In this document: positions 23,433 through 36,377 of the stretch, one piece after another
How positions within the stretch are numbered: position 1 is the first letter of the stretch
How the letters are laid out: each line of letters begins with the position of its first letter
NCBI GenBank assembly: GCA_038087875.1
Contig: CM075998.1
Span: 5,768,001 to 5,832,000 of the forward strand
Reading direction: 5' to 3'
DNA length: 64,000 bases
Source of the DNA: Malacoraja senta
Taxonomy: Eukaryota
The notes under the pieces: generated by a model
Databases searched by the model: none
The model's input: the letters and a program-made list of their open reading frames with translations, nothing else
Told to the model about the DNA's origin: nothing
Position numbers and translations under genes: made by a program

Positions 23433-23484
23433 ATAACTCTGCCGTGATACAATGGACCACATAGAGCCACAACATGCCACATTA

Positions 23485-23714
23485 AATCCTGCATCTGTGC
23501 TGTGTTAGCTGACCTCAGCGGAGGCAGCAATTGAGGCGGCTGCAGGGAGCTCTGAGTAATATTGGACCAGGGCCACTCCTGATCGTTATCTGGTATCCTC
23601 TGTTGGAAGCATGCATGCATGCATGCATGGATACCAGATGAGCAACAATCAGGCTTCCATGCGATGTTCTCCACAACGAGATAGCCAGCTGCAGCTGCTC
23701 ACTGTGTGGATTCA
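23485..23714 (+). mobile_element. LF-SINE-like ancient SINE relic
   Basis: tctgtgctgtgttagctgacctcagc...ccagggccactcctgatcgttatc...ctccac...atagcc is colinear with the recalled LF-SINE consensus. Confidence 0.6.
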
Positions 23715-24169
23715 ACAGTCACTTCAGTCAAATGCTCGAGGGTATCAGAATTTCTATCGATATAGTTTATCGCTGCTTTGAGGAATACCTGGACCATTCC
23801 CTTTTACTTGGCAGCATGGCTGACATAGGCCAGTTCTCCAGAAGAAGAAATAACATGATTTTTCTGGTATGGAATATTGATCCTTTCACTTTTTTTGAAT
23901 TACCACCAAAAGATATTATAAGGAAAACCTCTGAGTTTGTTTTCTAAATACTCAGCAAACATTTCTTGTTAAAATAAGTACAATCTCAGTTAATCTTGCT
24001 GAGTTAGGGTGACTGTCGTGGAGAGCTTGCTGAGTTTAGACGTTTTCTGTTGGACTCGATTGGAATGCAGCCATTACCACAGTGTGGTCATCCATCAGAT
24101 TGTCCATCACCACAAGAGGATGTGGTGGTGTTACTTTGTGTTCTTTGGTGAGATTTGGGTTTCACCATT

Positions 24170-25935
24170 TGTTTCCCATCCCTAGCCACGTCTCGAGAAG
24201 GTGGGGGTGCGCCACCATCTTGAAACCGCTGCAGTCCTTCTGGAGAAGGTGGTCCCACTGCGCTGTTGGAGAGAGAGTTCCAGGATTTAGACCCAGTGAT
24301 GATGAAGAAATGCAGACACGTGGAACTGCAGATGCTGGTTTACAAAAAAGAGACTCAAAGTGCTGGAGTAACTCAGCGGATCAGGCAACATCTCTGGAGA
24401 ACACGGATAGGCGACATTTTGGGTTGGGACCCTTCTTCAGACCGATGAAGGAATTGGGATTTGTTTCCAGATTAGGATGGTACACATGTGATTTGGAGGG
24501 AACGTTGCGGGTGGCGGTGTTCCCCTGCTCCCTGTGGCCTTGGCCTTCTTGGTGGTAGAGGCCGTGGGTTTTGCAGGTGCCGTCTGCGTATCCTGGGCGA
24601 ATAACTACAGTGTATTTTGTAAACTGTACACACAGCAGGCACTATATACAGGTGGTAGCGGGAATTAGTGTTTAAGTTGGTGGAAAGGGTGCTACTCAAA
24701 TGGGTTGCTTTGTCCTGGATCATGATACGTGTTGTTGGAGTTGCACTCATCCAGTCAAATGGAGTATGTTCAAGCACAATCATGACTTGCGTCTCATAAA
24801 TAACTTTCTGGAGGCCGAAGGCGAGTCTCCCACGAAAAAATACGTAACCTGTCACCTCTTATCTATGTGATGTTCTGATTAAATTTCTGATCAGTGGCGA
24901 TGCACTGGAGTTTGATTATTGGTGATTTGGTGATGATAATGCAGTTGAATGTCAAGGGTAGGTGGTTCTATTCCTTTCTGTTGGAGATGGTCATATACTG
25001 GCACATGTGTGGTGGAAATATCGGCAATTAGCAGCCTGGACTTCAGACTAAAGTAGAGTCCCAACCCGAAACGTCACCTATCCATGTTCTCCACAGATGC
25101 TGCCTGACCCGCTGAGTTACTCCAGCACTGTGAAACGTCACCTATCCATGTTCTCCACAGATGCTGCCTGACCCGCTGAGTTACTCCAGCACTCTGTGAA
25201 ACGTCACCTATCCATGTTCTCCACAGATGCTGCCTGACCCGCTGAGTTACTCCAGCACTCTGTGAAACGTCACCTATCCATGTTCTCCACAGATGCTGCC
25301 TGACCCGCTGAGTTACTCCAGCACTCTGTGAAACGTCACCTATCCATGTTCTCCACAGATGCTGCCTGACCCGCTGAGTTACTCCAGCATTTTCTGTCTT
25401 TTTTTTGTAAACCAGCATCTGCAGTTTCTTGTTTCTACGTCTTGCCAATTATCAGCACTCCTCTTGGTGCACATGCTCCCTGCCACTTCTCACATCATGC
25501 TGAATGTTGTCAAGGTCTTGCTGCATGCAGACGTGGGCTGCTGCATTAGCTGATGAGATATAGATGCTCTGCAACATCACCACCTCTGAACAAATGATGA
25601 AAGGAAGATCATTGATGAAGAAGCAGTAGATTGTTGGGCCACGAATACTGTCCTCCAGCGGTGATGATCTGCGGCTGAGATGATTGATCAACAACAACAA
25701 CCGCCAATGCTCTTTTTGACAAGGTATGACAGCAACTATTTACCACTTGAGTAGATATCAGAGCTGCTTTGCCAAGGACAACCACTCTCTTCTTCGCTCT
25801 TCAGACCACGTTTGGATCAAAACTGTGATGAGGTTTAGAGTGGAGTGCTCCTAGCAAAACCCAAATGGGCATTGAGAAGCAGGTTACTGGTAACCTGTAT
25901 GATAGCATGTTTGATAGCATGGTGGATGAAAACTT
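24170..25935 (-). mobile_element. Old CR1/L2-group LINE fragments interrupted by Penelope-tail repeats
   Basis: GPTIYCFFINDLP (RT) and YKIHCSYSPRIRRRHLQNPRPLPPRR (C-terminus). Confidence 0.7.
25068..25390 (+). repeat. Five-unit 66-bp tandem array derived from the Penelope tail
   Basis: GAAACGTC at 25068, 25132, 25198, 25264 and 25330; units almost identical. Confidence 0.95.
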
Positions 25936-25937
25936 CC

Positions 25938-26152
25938 ATGTGGAATTCTCTGCCACAGAAGGCAGTGGAGGCCAATTCACTGGATATTTTCAAGAGAGAG
26001 TTAGATTTAGCTCTTAGGGCTAACAGAATCAAGAGATATGGGAAGAAGGCAGGAACGGGGTACTGGTTTTGCATGATCAGCCATGATCATATTGAATGGC
26101 GGTGCTGGCTTGAAGGGCCGAATGGCCTACTCCTGCACCTATTGTCTATGTT
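25938..26152 (+). mobile_element. CR1-like 3' end
   Basis: WNSLPQKAVEANSLDIFKRELD plus tail. Confidence 0.85.
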
Positions 26153-26939
26153 TCCATCACTTTGCTAATGATCAAAAATAGACCATTTGGTCAGTAATTA
26201 GTGGGATTAGATTTGTGGGCAGAACAAGTCGAGGTATTTTCCTTTTTTTTTTTGCTTTCTCGCAGCTGGGATCTAGAAAGATTTGATAACTCTCCGAGGT
26301 GCTGGGCTCTTTCTTTAGCTTGTGCAATTTGTTAAATCTGCATGTTCCTCCTGGCAAATGTCATTACTAACTCGTCGGAAAAACTGCATTGGAAGCCCAC
26401 CGCCACTGTCACATTCATGGAAACATTCTCAGATGACTGATGGAGCCAGTCCTCGGAATGGTTCTTCATAATTGGTGGTGATTCGATGGAGCTGTCTTCC
26501 GCAATGAATTATAAGGCAATACCTAACATTCCTTGCTCCCCACCCCCAGAATACGATCAATTCAGTGGCGTCAATGAGAGCAGCAGTGAAAAATCCAAGT
26601 TGGAATGAACACGTGTGAGTTATCATTCAACACTTGGCATTGCCTCTGTCGTCTAAGAATCCAAGAACTGATCTCCTCAAGAATAAACAGCATATCTCAT
26701 TAGTGACAGTGTGAATTCCAGATGTTTTTTCCTTGCTTGTGGGAGACCGCAGTGAGAGACTGTTTATGCTACTTGGTTAGATGGTTGACGGTTAGTCTGG
26801 TGCTTTTATTCATTTCAGTTTCCTATTTTATTTTGACCATTAGTAGTTCTAATAGTGAGTGTGAGAGGAATATAAAGCCCAGATATATATATCTCGAGAT
26901 AAGCAGACTGGGTAGGTGCCAGGCTTCCATCTCTGATTG

Positions 26940-27571
26940 ATGATGCCCTTGGGACGGCTGCTAAGGAGAGGAGACGGTTGCCCACCTCTTCGCAGAGTGT
27001 GGATTTGCGAAGAGAGTCTGGAGAATGATGCAAGGGTCCTTGTCACAGTTCATCCTGAACAGCTCCATAACAGAGGACTCTCTGATTTACGGACAGTTCC
27101 CAAGGAAACATTCGGACATCGAGTGCTGCTGGAAGATCATCATCTTGGTGAAAGATGCTCTTTGGTCTGCCCGAAGTTTGTTGACCCCCCAGCGGAGCGG
27201 GATGTCCGTCAGGGAATGTTGCCAACTGGCCCGCTGCAGACTGCAGGTGTACATGCTGAGGGACGCACTGAAGCTCGGTGCAGCCAACGCCAAGGCTCAG
27301 TGGGGGAGGACCACAGTCTAGGGTCCTTCTGCTGCTGGACATGGGGGGGCATGGTATGGTGGAGAAGCCCCTCAAAACAAGGGAAGGGATATCACCCCAG
27401 GGGGCCACATGAGTGACAAGGGTGCCGGGTATAAGGATAGTTTGTGAACACAACCGAATATAACATGAATTAATGTATGTAGCCGCTGAGAATGTCGGAA
27501 GATTATTGTACTGTCTTGTTTTGTATATTTTTTAAATTATTCTGAATAAAGTTTAATTTTGGAAACAAAAA
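26940..27571 (+). mobile_element. Tx1/L1-clade LINE 3' fragment
   Basis: CPWDGC*GEETVAHLFAEC zinc knuckle, then VKDALWSAR...LRDALKLGAANAKAQWG, AATAAA and A-rich tail. Confidence 0.8.
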
Positions 27572-27817
27572 GATCTCGCACGTGTGGTTCTCCCATTGCA
27601 CCGGGTTTGCTGATGCCTGCCATGTTCCCAAAATGCTGGATACTCGACTGCAACATTTGTGGTAGTGGGGGACTGCGTTCATGCTCTCCCTTGACTTTCA
27701 ATAGGAAGACAGACATACGATTAGATGCCTTATCTCATTTACAGTGTGAGGTTATGGAATGGATGGCAACAATTCACCCTTCTGTTGATCAAAGAAATCA
27801 CTGCTCGAGCATTTGGT

Positions 27818-28347
27818 CACAGAGTGATACAGTGTGGAAACAGGCCCTTCAGCCCAACTTGCCCACACTGACCAACATGTCCCAGCTACACTAGTCCCAC
27901 CTGCCTGCATTTGGTCCATATCCCTCCAAACCTGTCCTATCCATGTACCTGTCTAACTGTTTCTTAAATGTTGGGATAGTCCCAGCCTCAACTACCTCCT
28001 CTGGCAGCTCTGTACACCCACCCTTTATGTGAAAAGGTTACCCCTCAGATTCCTATTAAATCTTTTCACCTTGAACCTATGTCCTCGGGTCCTCGATTCC
28101 CCTACTCTGGGCAAGAGATTCTGTGCATCTACCCGATCTATTCCTCCCATGATTCTATACACCTCTATAAGATCACCCCTCATCCTCCTGCACTCCATGG
28201 AATAGAGACCCAGCCTGCTCAACCTCTCCCTGTAGCTCAGACTCTCTAGTCCTGGCAACATCCTCGTAAATCTTTTCTGAATCCTTTTGAGCTTGACAAC
28301 ATCTTTCCTATAACATGGTACCCAGAATTGAACACTGTACTGTAAAT
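27818..28347 (-). mobile_element. CR1/HER1-like 3' fragment
   Basis: HLQYSVQFWVPCYRKDVVKL...RTRGHRFKV. Confidence 0.88.
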
Positions 28348-28725
28348 GCAATATTGGTGATACCAGCATGTTGGTGAGATATTATATTGCAGTCTGATCA
28401 CCATGAAAACCTACACGGCACTGTCATCAACATATTTTTTTATTTTAGGGATATGTAATTAATACAGGAAAGTGGAGCTGAGGTATAAGATCAGCCATGA
28501 TCTTATTGAATGGCGATGTCAGTGAAAGGGGCCAAACGGTGCCCCCCCTCCCACCCCCCCTGCTTCTGTATCTCATGTGCTTCACATGCTCTACCACATG
28601 TTCTTATAAAACAACATATGTGTCCTGCACAGAGCCCGGGCCACTATTTCTCCTCAGCGAGCCTCATCATAAAGGAGCTCTGATCATTTATCTTGCTGCT
28701 GTTTGTCAGACCCCTCTGAATGTAA

Positions 28726-29228
28726 GAACGTGGAAACAAAGAACTCCAAATGCTGGTTTATACCAAAGATCGACACAAAGTGCTGGAGTAACTCAGCGGG
28801 TCAGGCAGCATCTCTGGAGAAAAAGGATGAGTGATGTTTGAGGTCAGGAGCTTACTTCAGACCCAATTGAGGCTAAAGAAAGGTCCCAATCCAAAACATC
28901 ACCCATCCTTTTCCTCCAGGGATGCTGCCTGACCCGCTGAGTTACTCCAGCACTCTGTGAAACGTCACCTATCCATGTTCTCCACAGATGCTGCCTGACC
29001 CGCTGAGTTACTCCAGCACTCTGTGACACGTCACCTATCCATGTTCTCCACAGATGCTGCCTGCCCCGCTGAGTTACTCCAGCACTCTGTGAAACGTCAC
29101 CTATCCATGTTCTCCACAGATGCTGCCTGCCCCGCTGAGTTACTCCAGCACTGTGTGAAACGTCACCTATCCATGTTCTCCAGAGATGCTGCCTGACCCG
29201 CTGAGTTACTCCAGCACTCTGTGTCTAT
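28726..29228. repeat. Penelope-tail insertion: antisense arm plus five-unit 66-bp array, with TSD
   Basis: Units at 28893, 28959, 29025, 29091 and 29157; ccct(c/a)tgaatgtaa at 28712-28725 and 29229-29242. Confidence 0.92.
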
Positions 29229-30829
29229 CCCTATGAATGTAACTTGGCTGCTGTACTTTTAGCGTTACAACAGTGACCAGGGTACAAAAGTAAATCCCCT
29301 TGAGGCTTACTCAAATTGCGAGAGGTGTGAGGGAATTGTAAATTGGTTCTTTGTCTTTCAGCTTGGGGAGGGAGAAACAAGTCAGCTGGCTCCTTGTCCC
29401 TGTTTGCTGCCCAAACTCAAACTCTCTTGCCTGAAGATCAACATTTGCGGCACTTCTGACCAGTGGGGAGTCCCACTTGGAAGAACGCAAATGAATGGAG
29501 TTTGCTGGTCTGTAACATGGTAGAAATCAAGGGGTAAATCGCATTGGTGTCCCCTGCTTGGTGAAGTGAATACCGACCGCTGAATCCTCTTCACTCAAAG
29601 GATATGGGCATCACTGGCACGATTCTTCTCCAGGTCCCCTTGCCTGACTTGCTGGGCCACCTCAGTGAGCAGTTAGAGGACTGGAGTCACGCAGAAAGAA
29701 AGAACTGGCATGTACAATATGTCACGTCTTTCATTTCCCAAAGCGCCAGTGAAGTACTTTTGAAGTGTAATCACTGTTATAATAAGCCAGCCTGTGTAAG
29801 GATGACAGGTTTCCTCCCCCTGAGGACTCCAGTGAACCAGTTGAGCATTTGCAACAGTCTGTTCACCCTCACTGTTACAATCCTGTTCAGATTTTAGAAT
29901 TCCACCGTCGTTGCTCGATTGCTCGATTCAAGTGAGCAATCTACCTCAACCACATTTGTTTCTTAGCAATGTTACCACTGCTGTACCACACCCTCCAGAG
30001 TAGAGTTGCTGGTAATCCCACTTTTTAAAGAGGACTCATGCTGGTTACATTGGTTCTGCTGACCATGCCTGTGCAGATTATTTGAAAGGACATGCTTATG
30101 AATGATTCATGTGGCCGTCAAAACCTGGGAGCAGCTGTTCTACAAATTGCTTTCTGGTGGAAGAGCCTGGATCTCTAACCTTTGTTATCCCTATAGACCC
30201 TGCTCTGCAGATAGTGGCATTTTCTTTTTCAACGACTATGGAATTTGAACAGAATATATTACGGGCGGGAAACGTTTCACTCTTTAAACCCCCATCGTAA
30301 TGATATTGCAAATCACAGGGAGTCATTGAAGTGATCCCACGGAGGTGTTCAGGTAGACCTGATAACTGGAGTGAAGCTTCAACCCATTTGTCACTTAAAA
30401 CCTGAAAGGAGGGATGATATATATTGTTGTCGTTGCCAACAACTTAATCTTCATTACGTTATTTTTGGTAATTTATCAATCGTAAAGCATCAAAGTACAT
30501 TGCCGATGCAATGGTTTTTCTGTGATATAGTGGGAGCTCTGTTCAAAGTATCCACATCAAATGTGACTGATTGCTGCAAAACCAGTAGAATTTAATCAGC
30601 TCTGGGTTGTTACAGACTGCCTTGTGTATATCCTCTACTCTCTACATCCATAACATCCAATTTTGAAATGTTTTTCACATCCAGGTAATGAAACATCCCA
30701 AGGCAATGCGCTGTGACGTTATCGAACAAAATTTCAAACCAAAGCACGTAAAGAGATATAAAATCCAATTTGGCTATTAAAGCCCCATCAATCTACCCTC
30801 AATCAAAGGCAAAGTGATGGAAAGTGCCA

Positions 30830-32420
30830 ACAGCATTGCTTTCAAGTGGAACTTATTCATGAGTAATTCTGACAAGCGTGAGGTGTTGCGTTTGGGTACG
30901 TCAAACTATGGCAGGACTTGTACAGTAAATGGTGGAGCCCCGGAGAATGTTGGAGAGCAGAGATCTGGGAGTACAGGTGCAGAGTTCCCAAAATGTGTCG
31001 AGTCAGGTGGACAGCATGGTATAGGCGGCGTTTGCCACGCTTGCCTTCATTGGGAAAGGTATCGATACAAACGTTGGGGCGTAAGGATGCAGCTGTACGA
31101 GTCGTTGGTGAGACCACACTTGGAGTGCCGTTTGCAGTTCTGGTCACCCAGCTATAGGAAGGATGTCATTAAGTTGGAAAAGATGCATAAGAGATTCACC
31201 AGCATGTTACTTGGGCTCGCGGGCTTGCAGATTGATAAGGAGAAGTTAGATAAGCTTTTGTTTTGGTGCATAGGAGGCTGAGGGGTGATCTACTGAGGTC
31301 CACAAGACCATGAGGGGCATGGATAAAGTATTTGGAATAAGCTGCCAGAGGAAATTATAAATGCAGATACAATTATGACTCCAAAGAAATTTGGATTCAT
31401 GTATGGATAGGAAGGGTTCAGAGGTCTTTGGGCCAAATGAAGGCAAATAAGCTGATTTGGGCTGAGATGAGGAGAAATTTCTTCACTTAAAGGATGGTGA
31501 AAATTTGAAATGTTCTACTCCCGAGTGGTGTGGTAGTTCAGTTATTAATTACATTTGGAAAAGGGATCGTTGGATTTCAAGACATTAGTAGAATCAAGGG
31601 GTATAGACAGCTACAGAAATGAGCAGAGAAATGCCAGATGGACTTTACTCCCAGCAAGTGTGTTGCACTTTGGAAGATTGAATATAAGCGGAAAGTATTC
31701 AGTTAACATCAAGACCCTTAAGAGCTTGGTGTATGGAGGGAACTTGTAGTCCAAGTCCACAGCTGCCTGAAAGTGGAAGTGCAAGTGGATAGAGTGGTAA
31801 AGAAAGTGCATGGTATGCTTGCTTTCACCTGCCGGGGCACTGAGTGTAAGAGTCAGCAAGTCATGATGCAGCCTTATAGCACTTTGGTTAGGCTGCTTTT
31901 GGAGTATTGTGAGTAGCTCTGGTCACCCCATTACAGGATGGGTGTGGAGGCATTGGAGGTGTTGAGGAGATTTACCAGCACGCTGCCTGGATTAGAGGGC
32001 ATTAGATATAAGGAGAGGTTGGACAGACTTGAATTGCTTTCTCTGCAACCTCCCCTCTAGAGGTTGAGAGGGAGACCTGATAGATGTATATAAAATGATG
32101 AGAGACAGAGATAGGGTAGACAATCAGACAACCCTCCTTTTTCCCCAGGGTGGAAATGCCTACATTCTGGAGGCCATAGCATCAAGGTGAGAGGGGCAAA
32201 GCTTAATGGAGATGTGTGGGACAGAGGGTGGTGGGTGCCTGGAACACACTATGGGGATGGTGATGGAGGCAAAAACTATAGTGGCGTTTCAGAGGCTTTT
32301 CGATAGGCACATGGATATGCAGGGAATGGAGGAATATGGACCATGTGAGGTATACAGACCACGTTTAATCTCTCATCATGTATGAGAGTATGTTCCTGTG
32401 CTGGACTGGGCTATGATCTA
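30830..32420 (+). mobile_element. Several degenerate CR1-like 3' fragments
   Basis: LVRPHLECRLQFWSPSYRKDVIKLE, VLHFGRLN and CR1 tails. Confidence 0.8.
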
Positions 32421-33095
32421 TATGGGGATGAGACAGGGAAATAGTGTTTGGGTAGAAGATCATCTATGATCTTATTGAATGGGAGAGCAGGCTCAAGGGG
32501 CTGAATGTACTCAGACTTGTTATATTCCTAAATTACTACTTTGATGAGGTGGTGGAGGGGTGGCCCTCAACTATTCTCCTCCAGGAGTAACACCTTCAAC
32601 AATTTACGGCTGCTTCAGAGTGATTCCAAGCCAGTGTCAGCTCATGATCATTATTTAGGCTTGGAGCGAAAGAGAACGAGACAAGAGTAGCAATGACTGC
32701 CTAAGATATTCAGCTTGGCTGGAACGACAATCATTTGTAACTGTCAAAGTGGAGGTTGGGTGTCAGAGAATGTCATAAACCACTTGCATGCACATCAGGA
32801 GAGGAGGTAGGAATTTCTGAAGGACTCAATAAGAGAGCTGTGACCTTACCGCTGATGTAAGCTGAGTCTCAGCACCAGTGGGTAATTTGGAAGAGCAGTC
32901 AGCAACATTTCTATAAATAAAGGTTTTATAGTAATATCAATGCTCACGTAAACATCTCTTAATGTAGGGAGAATGTATTGCGCCTGTGTTGGTGGGGATA
33001 GGCATGATTTGTATGTCAGTGTCTCCTAATCTTCCTTCACATTGCTTCTGATGGTTCTCATTCTCACTTAATTCCAGCAGAATGGGGCAGGCAGT

Positions 33096-33590
33096 TCAAG
33101 AGTCAATATTGTCATGTGTCCCAGACAGAACAATGAAATTCTTACTTGCAGCAGCACAACAGAATATGGGCAGCACAGTGGCGCAGCGGTAGAGTTGCTG
33201 TCTCACACACGCCAGAGACCCGGGTTTGATCCTGACTACGGATGCTGTCTGTACGGAGTTTGTACATTCTCCCCGTGACCCCGTGGGATTTCTCCAAGAT
33301 CTTTGGTTTCCTCCTACATTCTAAAGACGTACAGGTTTGCAGGTTAATTGGCTTGGCATAATTGTAAATTTTCCCTAGTGTGTGTAGGATGGTGTTAATG
33401 TGCGGGGATCGCTGGTCAGCGCCGACTCAGTGGGCCGAAAAGCCTGTTTCTGCGCTGAATCTCTAAACTGAACTAAACATTGCCCCCAAGTCTATGTAGT
33501 TCAGATCTTATTTGGAGGTTGTGGTGTTTAATAGCCTGATGGCTGCAGGCAAGCAGCTGTTCCTAAACCTGGACGTTACAGTGTTCTTCA
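33096..33590. mobile_element. Rex1-like 3' end (-) split by an HE1-like SINE (+, 33168-33478)
   Basis: tcaagagtcaa...aatgaaattcttacttgcagcagcacaac upstream and aacctggacgttacag downstream of a full SINE. Confidence 0.8.
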
Positions 33591-35220
33591 GGCAACACTC
33601 TAACAACTCCCTGTTTTACTACCAAGCACATGGGTGAGTTTAATATAAGACATAGGACCATAAGACACAGGAGCAGAATTATGCCATTTGGCCCATCGAG
33701 GCTACTCCACCAAGTGTATGGCAAACAGGGTGGGGAGCCAGATAACAAATGTCACTGGGGCAACACTCTATATCTTGTTGCACGTTTCCTTGGTTACTGC
33801 TGACAGGAAGCAACAGTTGTATTACTGCACACGGCTGGGCTGACCCATACTTGTGTCTGTCTGGAGCCCGTGTAATGATTCAAAAGTGGAAGGAGACACC
33901 ATTTCAAGCCTGCGCTGGATCTGACGACACTTGTCATTTGAAGGAGGTGATTGATTGCTGCACCAGTCAATTAACGACTCGGACCCACTCACTGAAAGTC
34001 AATCCATTTCCTCCCATTTTCAAGTGTCGTCCTGCACCGTGCACGTGTGCCTGCTGACACGTGTTTGCTGATTTTGCAAAAAAACAAAAGCCCATTTGAA
34101 TCATTGCATATAAATAACAGAGCGCTTGTGAATTAAGGAACAATGGATCCATTTCTGGCAAGCTCCTGTGAAATTGGGTTCAAATGGCGCGGAACTGGAG
34201 AAAGGCTGTCCAAGCTTACTTCACGCATTGATCTCTTCAGCTGTTGGAAAATTTCATCCTCAGACCTGGTTCTCAGAGCAGCTCATAACAGCATTTTTTT
34301 AAAACTCATTCTTTCCTCTCCTTGATCTCAGTTCAAATGTTCTTTGTTATTTCTTTTTTATATACAGAATGACTGAACCACATTGTGTACTTCTCACATC
34401 AAGTCATAGAGTGATACAGCGTGGAAACTGGGCTGGAGAGCAACACTGGGAAAGGGATGATATACTTCTGATTTTACAGAGGCAAGAGTTTGTGGAGAAT
34501 GATAGGGGAAAGTCACCAGACCAGATTTAGGGTCAACAGCTGCTCTCAGCAGGGTGGGGTGGGAGGTGGGGTGTGAGCAGCAGCTTCGAGGGCTGACAGA
34601 ACAGCACTGCCACCTTTGTTCTCTTAAAGACCGCCATGAGTAACGAACGGCATGGGTGTAATCAACGTGTTCTCAAAGTACTGCCCAGGAAGTATGAAGC
34701 AGTGTCACCACTTTGCAAGTAAATGCTCATGTTTCCGACTGCCAGTGACATGTTGGTGTCTGGAAGTTTTCGAGCCATACAGACGGTGAGGACACCCAGG
34801 CATCGTTGGGCTATCGGTTTTAAGCTTCAGTGGTTGATTTGGGTGGTGGAAGGGGAAGAGGGGTTAGCAAAAATTAACCTAGCCACTTCTGCATTGGCCA
34901 ATTACTATTCACTCTGCTGATTGCTGGTCAGTGATTCTACCGACCAGTGTATCTGTTGGATATTTGGCCATTTGAATTGGGTCAGGGAGGGTGGTGGGTA
35001 CCCATGCAGCAGCTTGTCACTTTATGTAAGATAGACACAAAATGCTGGAGTAACTCAGCGGGACAGGCAGCATCTCTGGAGAGATAGAATGGGTGGCGTT
35101 TTGGGTCGTGACCCTTTGCAGTATGTCTGTCAGTCGTTGGGAGAGAGGAACATGACACAAAGTGAAGCAATCTCAACATATCTCAAGCACTTGAGAGTGG
35201 CACTAACAGAAGCCACTAGC

Positions 35221-35541
35221 ATTTAGTTTCGTTTCGTTTTTAGTTTAGAGATACAGCGCGGAAACAGGCCCTTCGGCCCACTGAGTCCACGCCGACCAGC
35301 GATCCCCACACACTAACACTATCCTACACACACTAGGGACAATTAACAATTTTACCAAAGCCAATTAACCTACAAACCTGAACGTCTTTGGAGTGTGGGT
35401 GGAAACCGGAACACCTGGAGAAAACCCACACAGGTCACAGGGAGAACGTACAAACTCCATGCAAACAATACCCATAGTCAGAATGGAACCCGGGTCTCTG
35501 GCGCTGTGAGGCAGCAACTCTACCGCTGCGCCACCGTGCCG
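35221..35541 (-). mobile_element. HE1-like V-SINE
   Basis: Full-length copy. Confidence 0.88.
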
Positions 35542-36377
35542 CCTCCGGGTGTTGTTCCTTTCGTTTACACTTGGTCTCACCTTGGCAATAGAGAAGGCTG
35601 AGGACAGACAGGTTTTGTAGCACATCCAGTCTGGAGAAGGGTCTCGACCTGAAACGTCACCCATTCCTTCTCCCCAGAGATGCTGCCTGTCCCGCTGAGT
35701 TAGTCCAGCTTTTTGTGTCTAACTCCAGTGTTCCTTACTGATGTTCATAAGACAAAGGAGCAAAATTAGGCCATTTGGCCCGTTGGGTTCTACTCCCCAG
35801 TGTAGCACATTGTTGCAGGTTCTAGCAGTTCCCAGCATGTAGACCAGCAGGTGCGATCACTGCGGCCAGCTCTCAGAGAGATATAGCGCAGCTACAGGTT
35901 AGTGTTGCTACTGAATGGGCGAATATTTTAACATCATGAGTTTTTTGTGATTTAACCTACTGCCTGAAGGGATGTTGCTAACAGATTGAATAGCAACTTT
36001 CATAAGGGCATTGGGAATATTCTTGAGGGAAAGGAAATACAAGGCAACAGGGAGAGAGCAGGGGGAAGGGTTAAATGGATAATACTTTCAAAGAGCTGGT
36101 CACAAATACAATAAGCAGATTGGACATCTTCTGGGTTATATCATTCCACCTCTTCATTTTTGCTAAATGAACTGGGCAGCTTTTATGGTTTTGGGTTTAG
36201 CCCGTGATGCTAGCAAGGTTTGTAGATGTTGGCGACAATGGGGGAGGTTGTTGGTGGTGGGCTGCGGAATCATGGGGGGGGGGGGGGGAATAGAGGGAAG
36301 GGGAAAATGGCCAAGTTGCCACTGCCACTGGTTATCAATTGCCCCTTGCATTTGTGTGGGTAGCCAGACGAATGGCT

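Noticed and set aside
25068..25390. CRISPR-like array (also 28893-29228)
   Set aside because: Units are contiguous with no unique spacers, derive from a retroelement tail, and there are no cas genes; the DNA is eukaryotic.
25074..25448. 124-aa repetitive ORF
   Set aside because: Antisense translation of the 66-bp array (period divisible by three).
33168..33235. tRNA gene
   Set aside because: tRNA-like head of an HE1-type SINE that continues into the V-domain; the same holds for the other copies.
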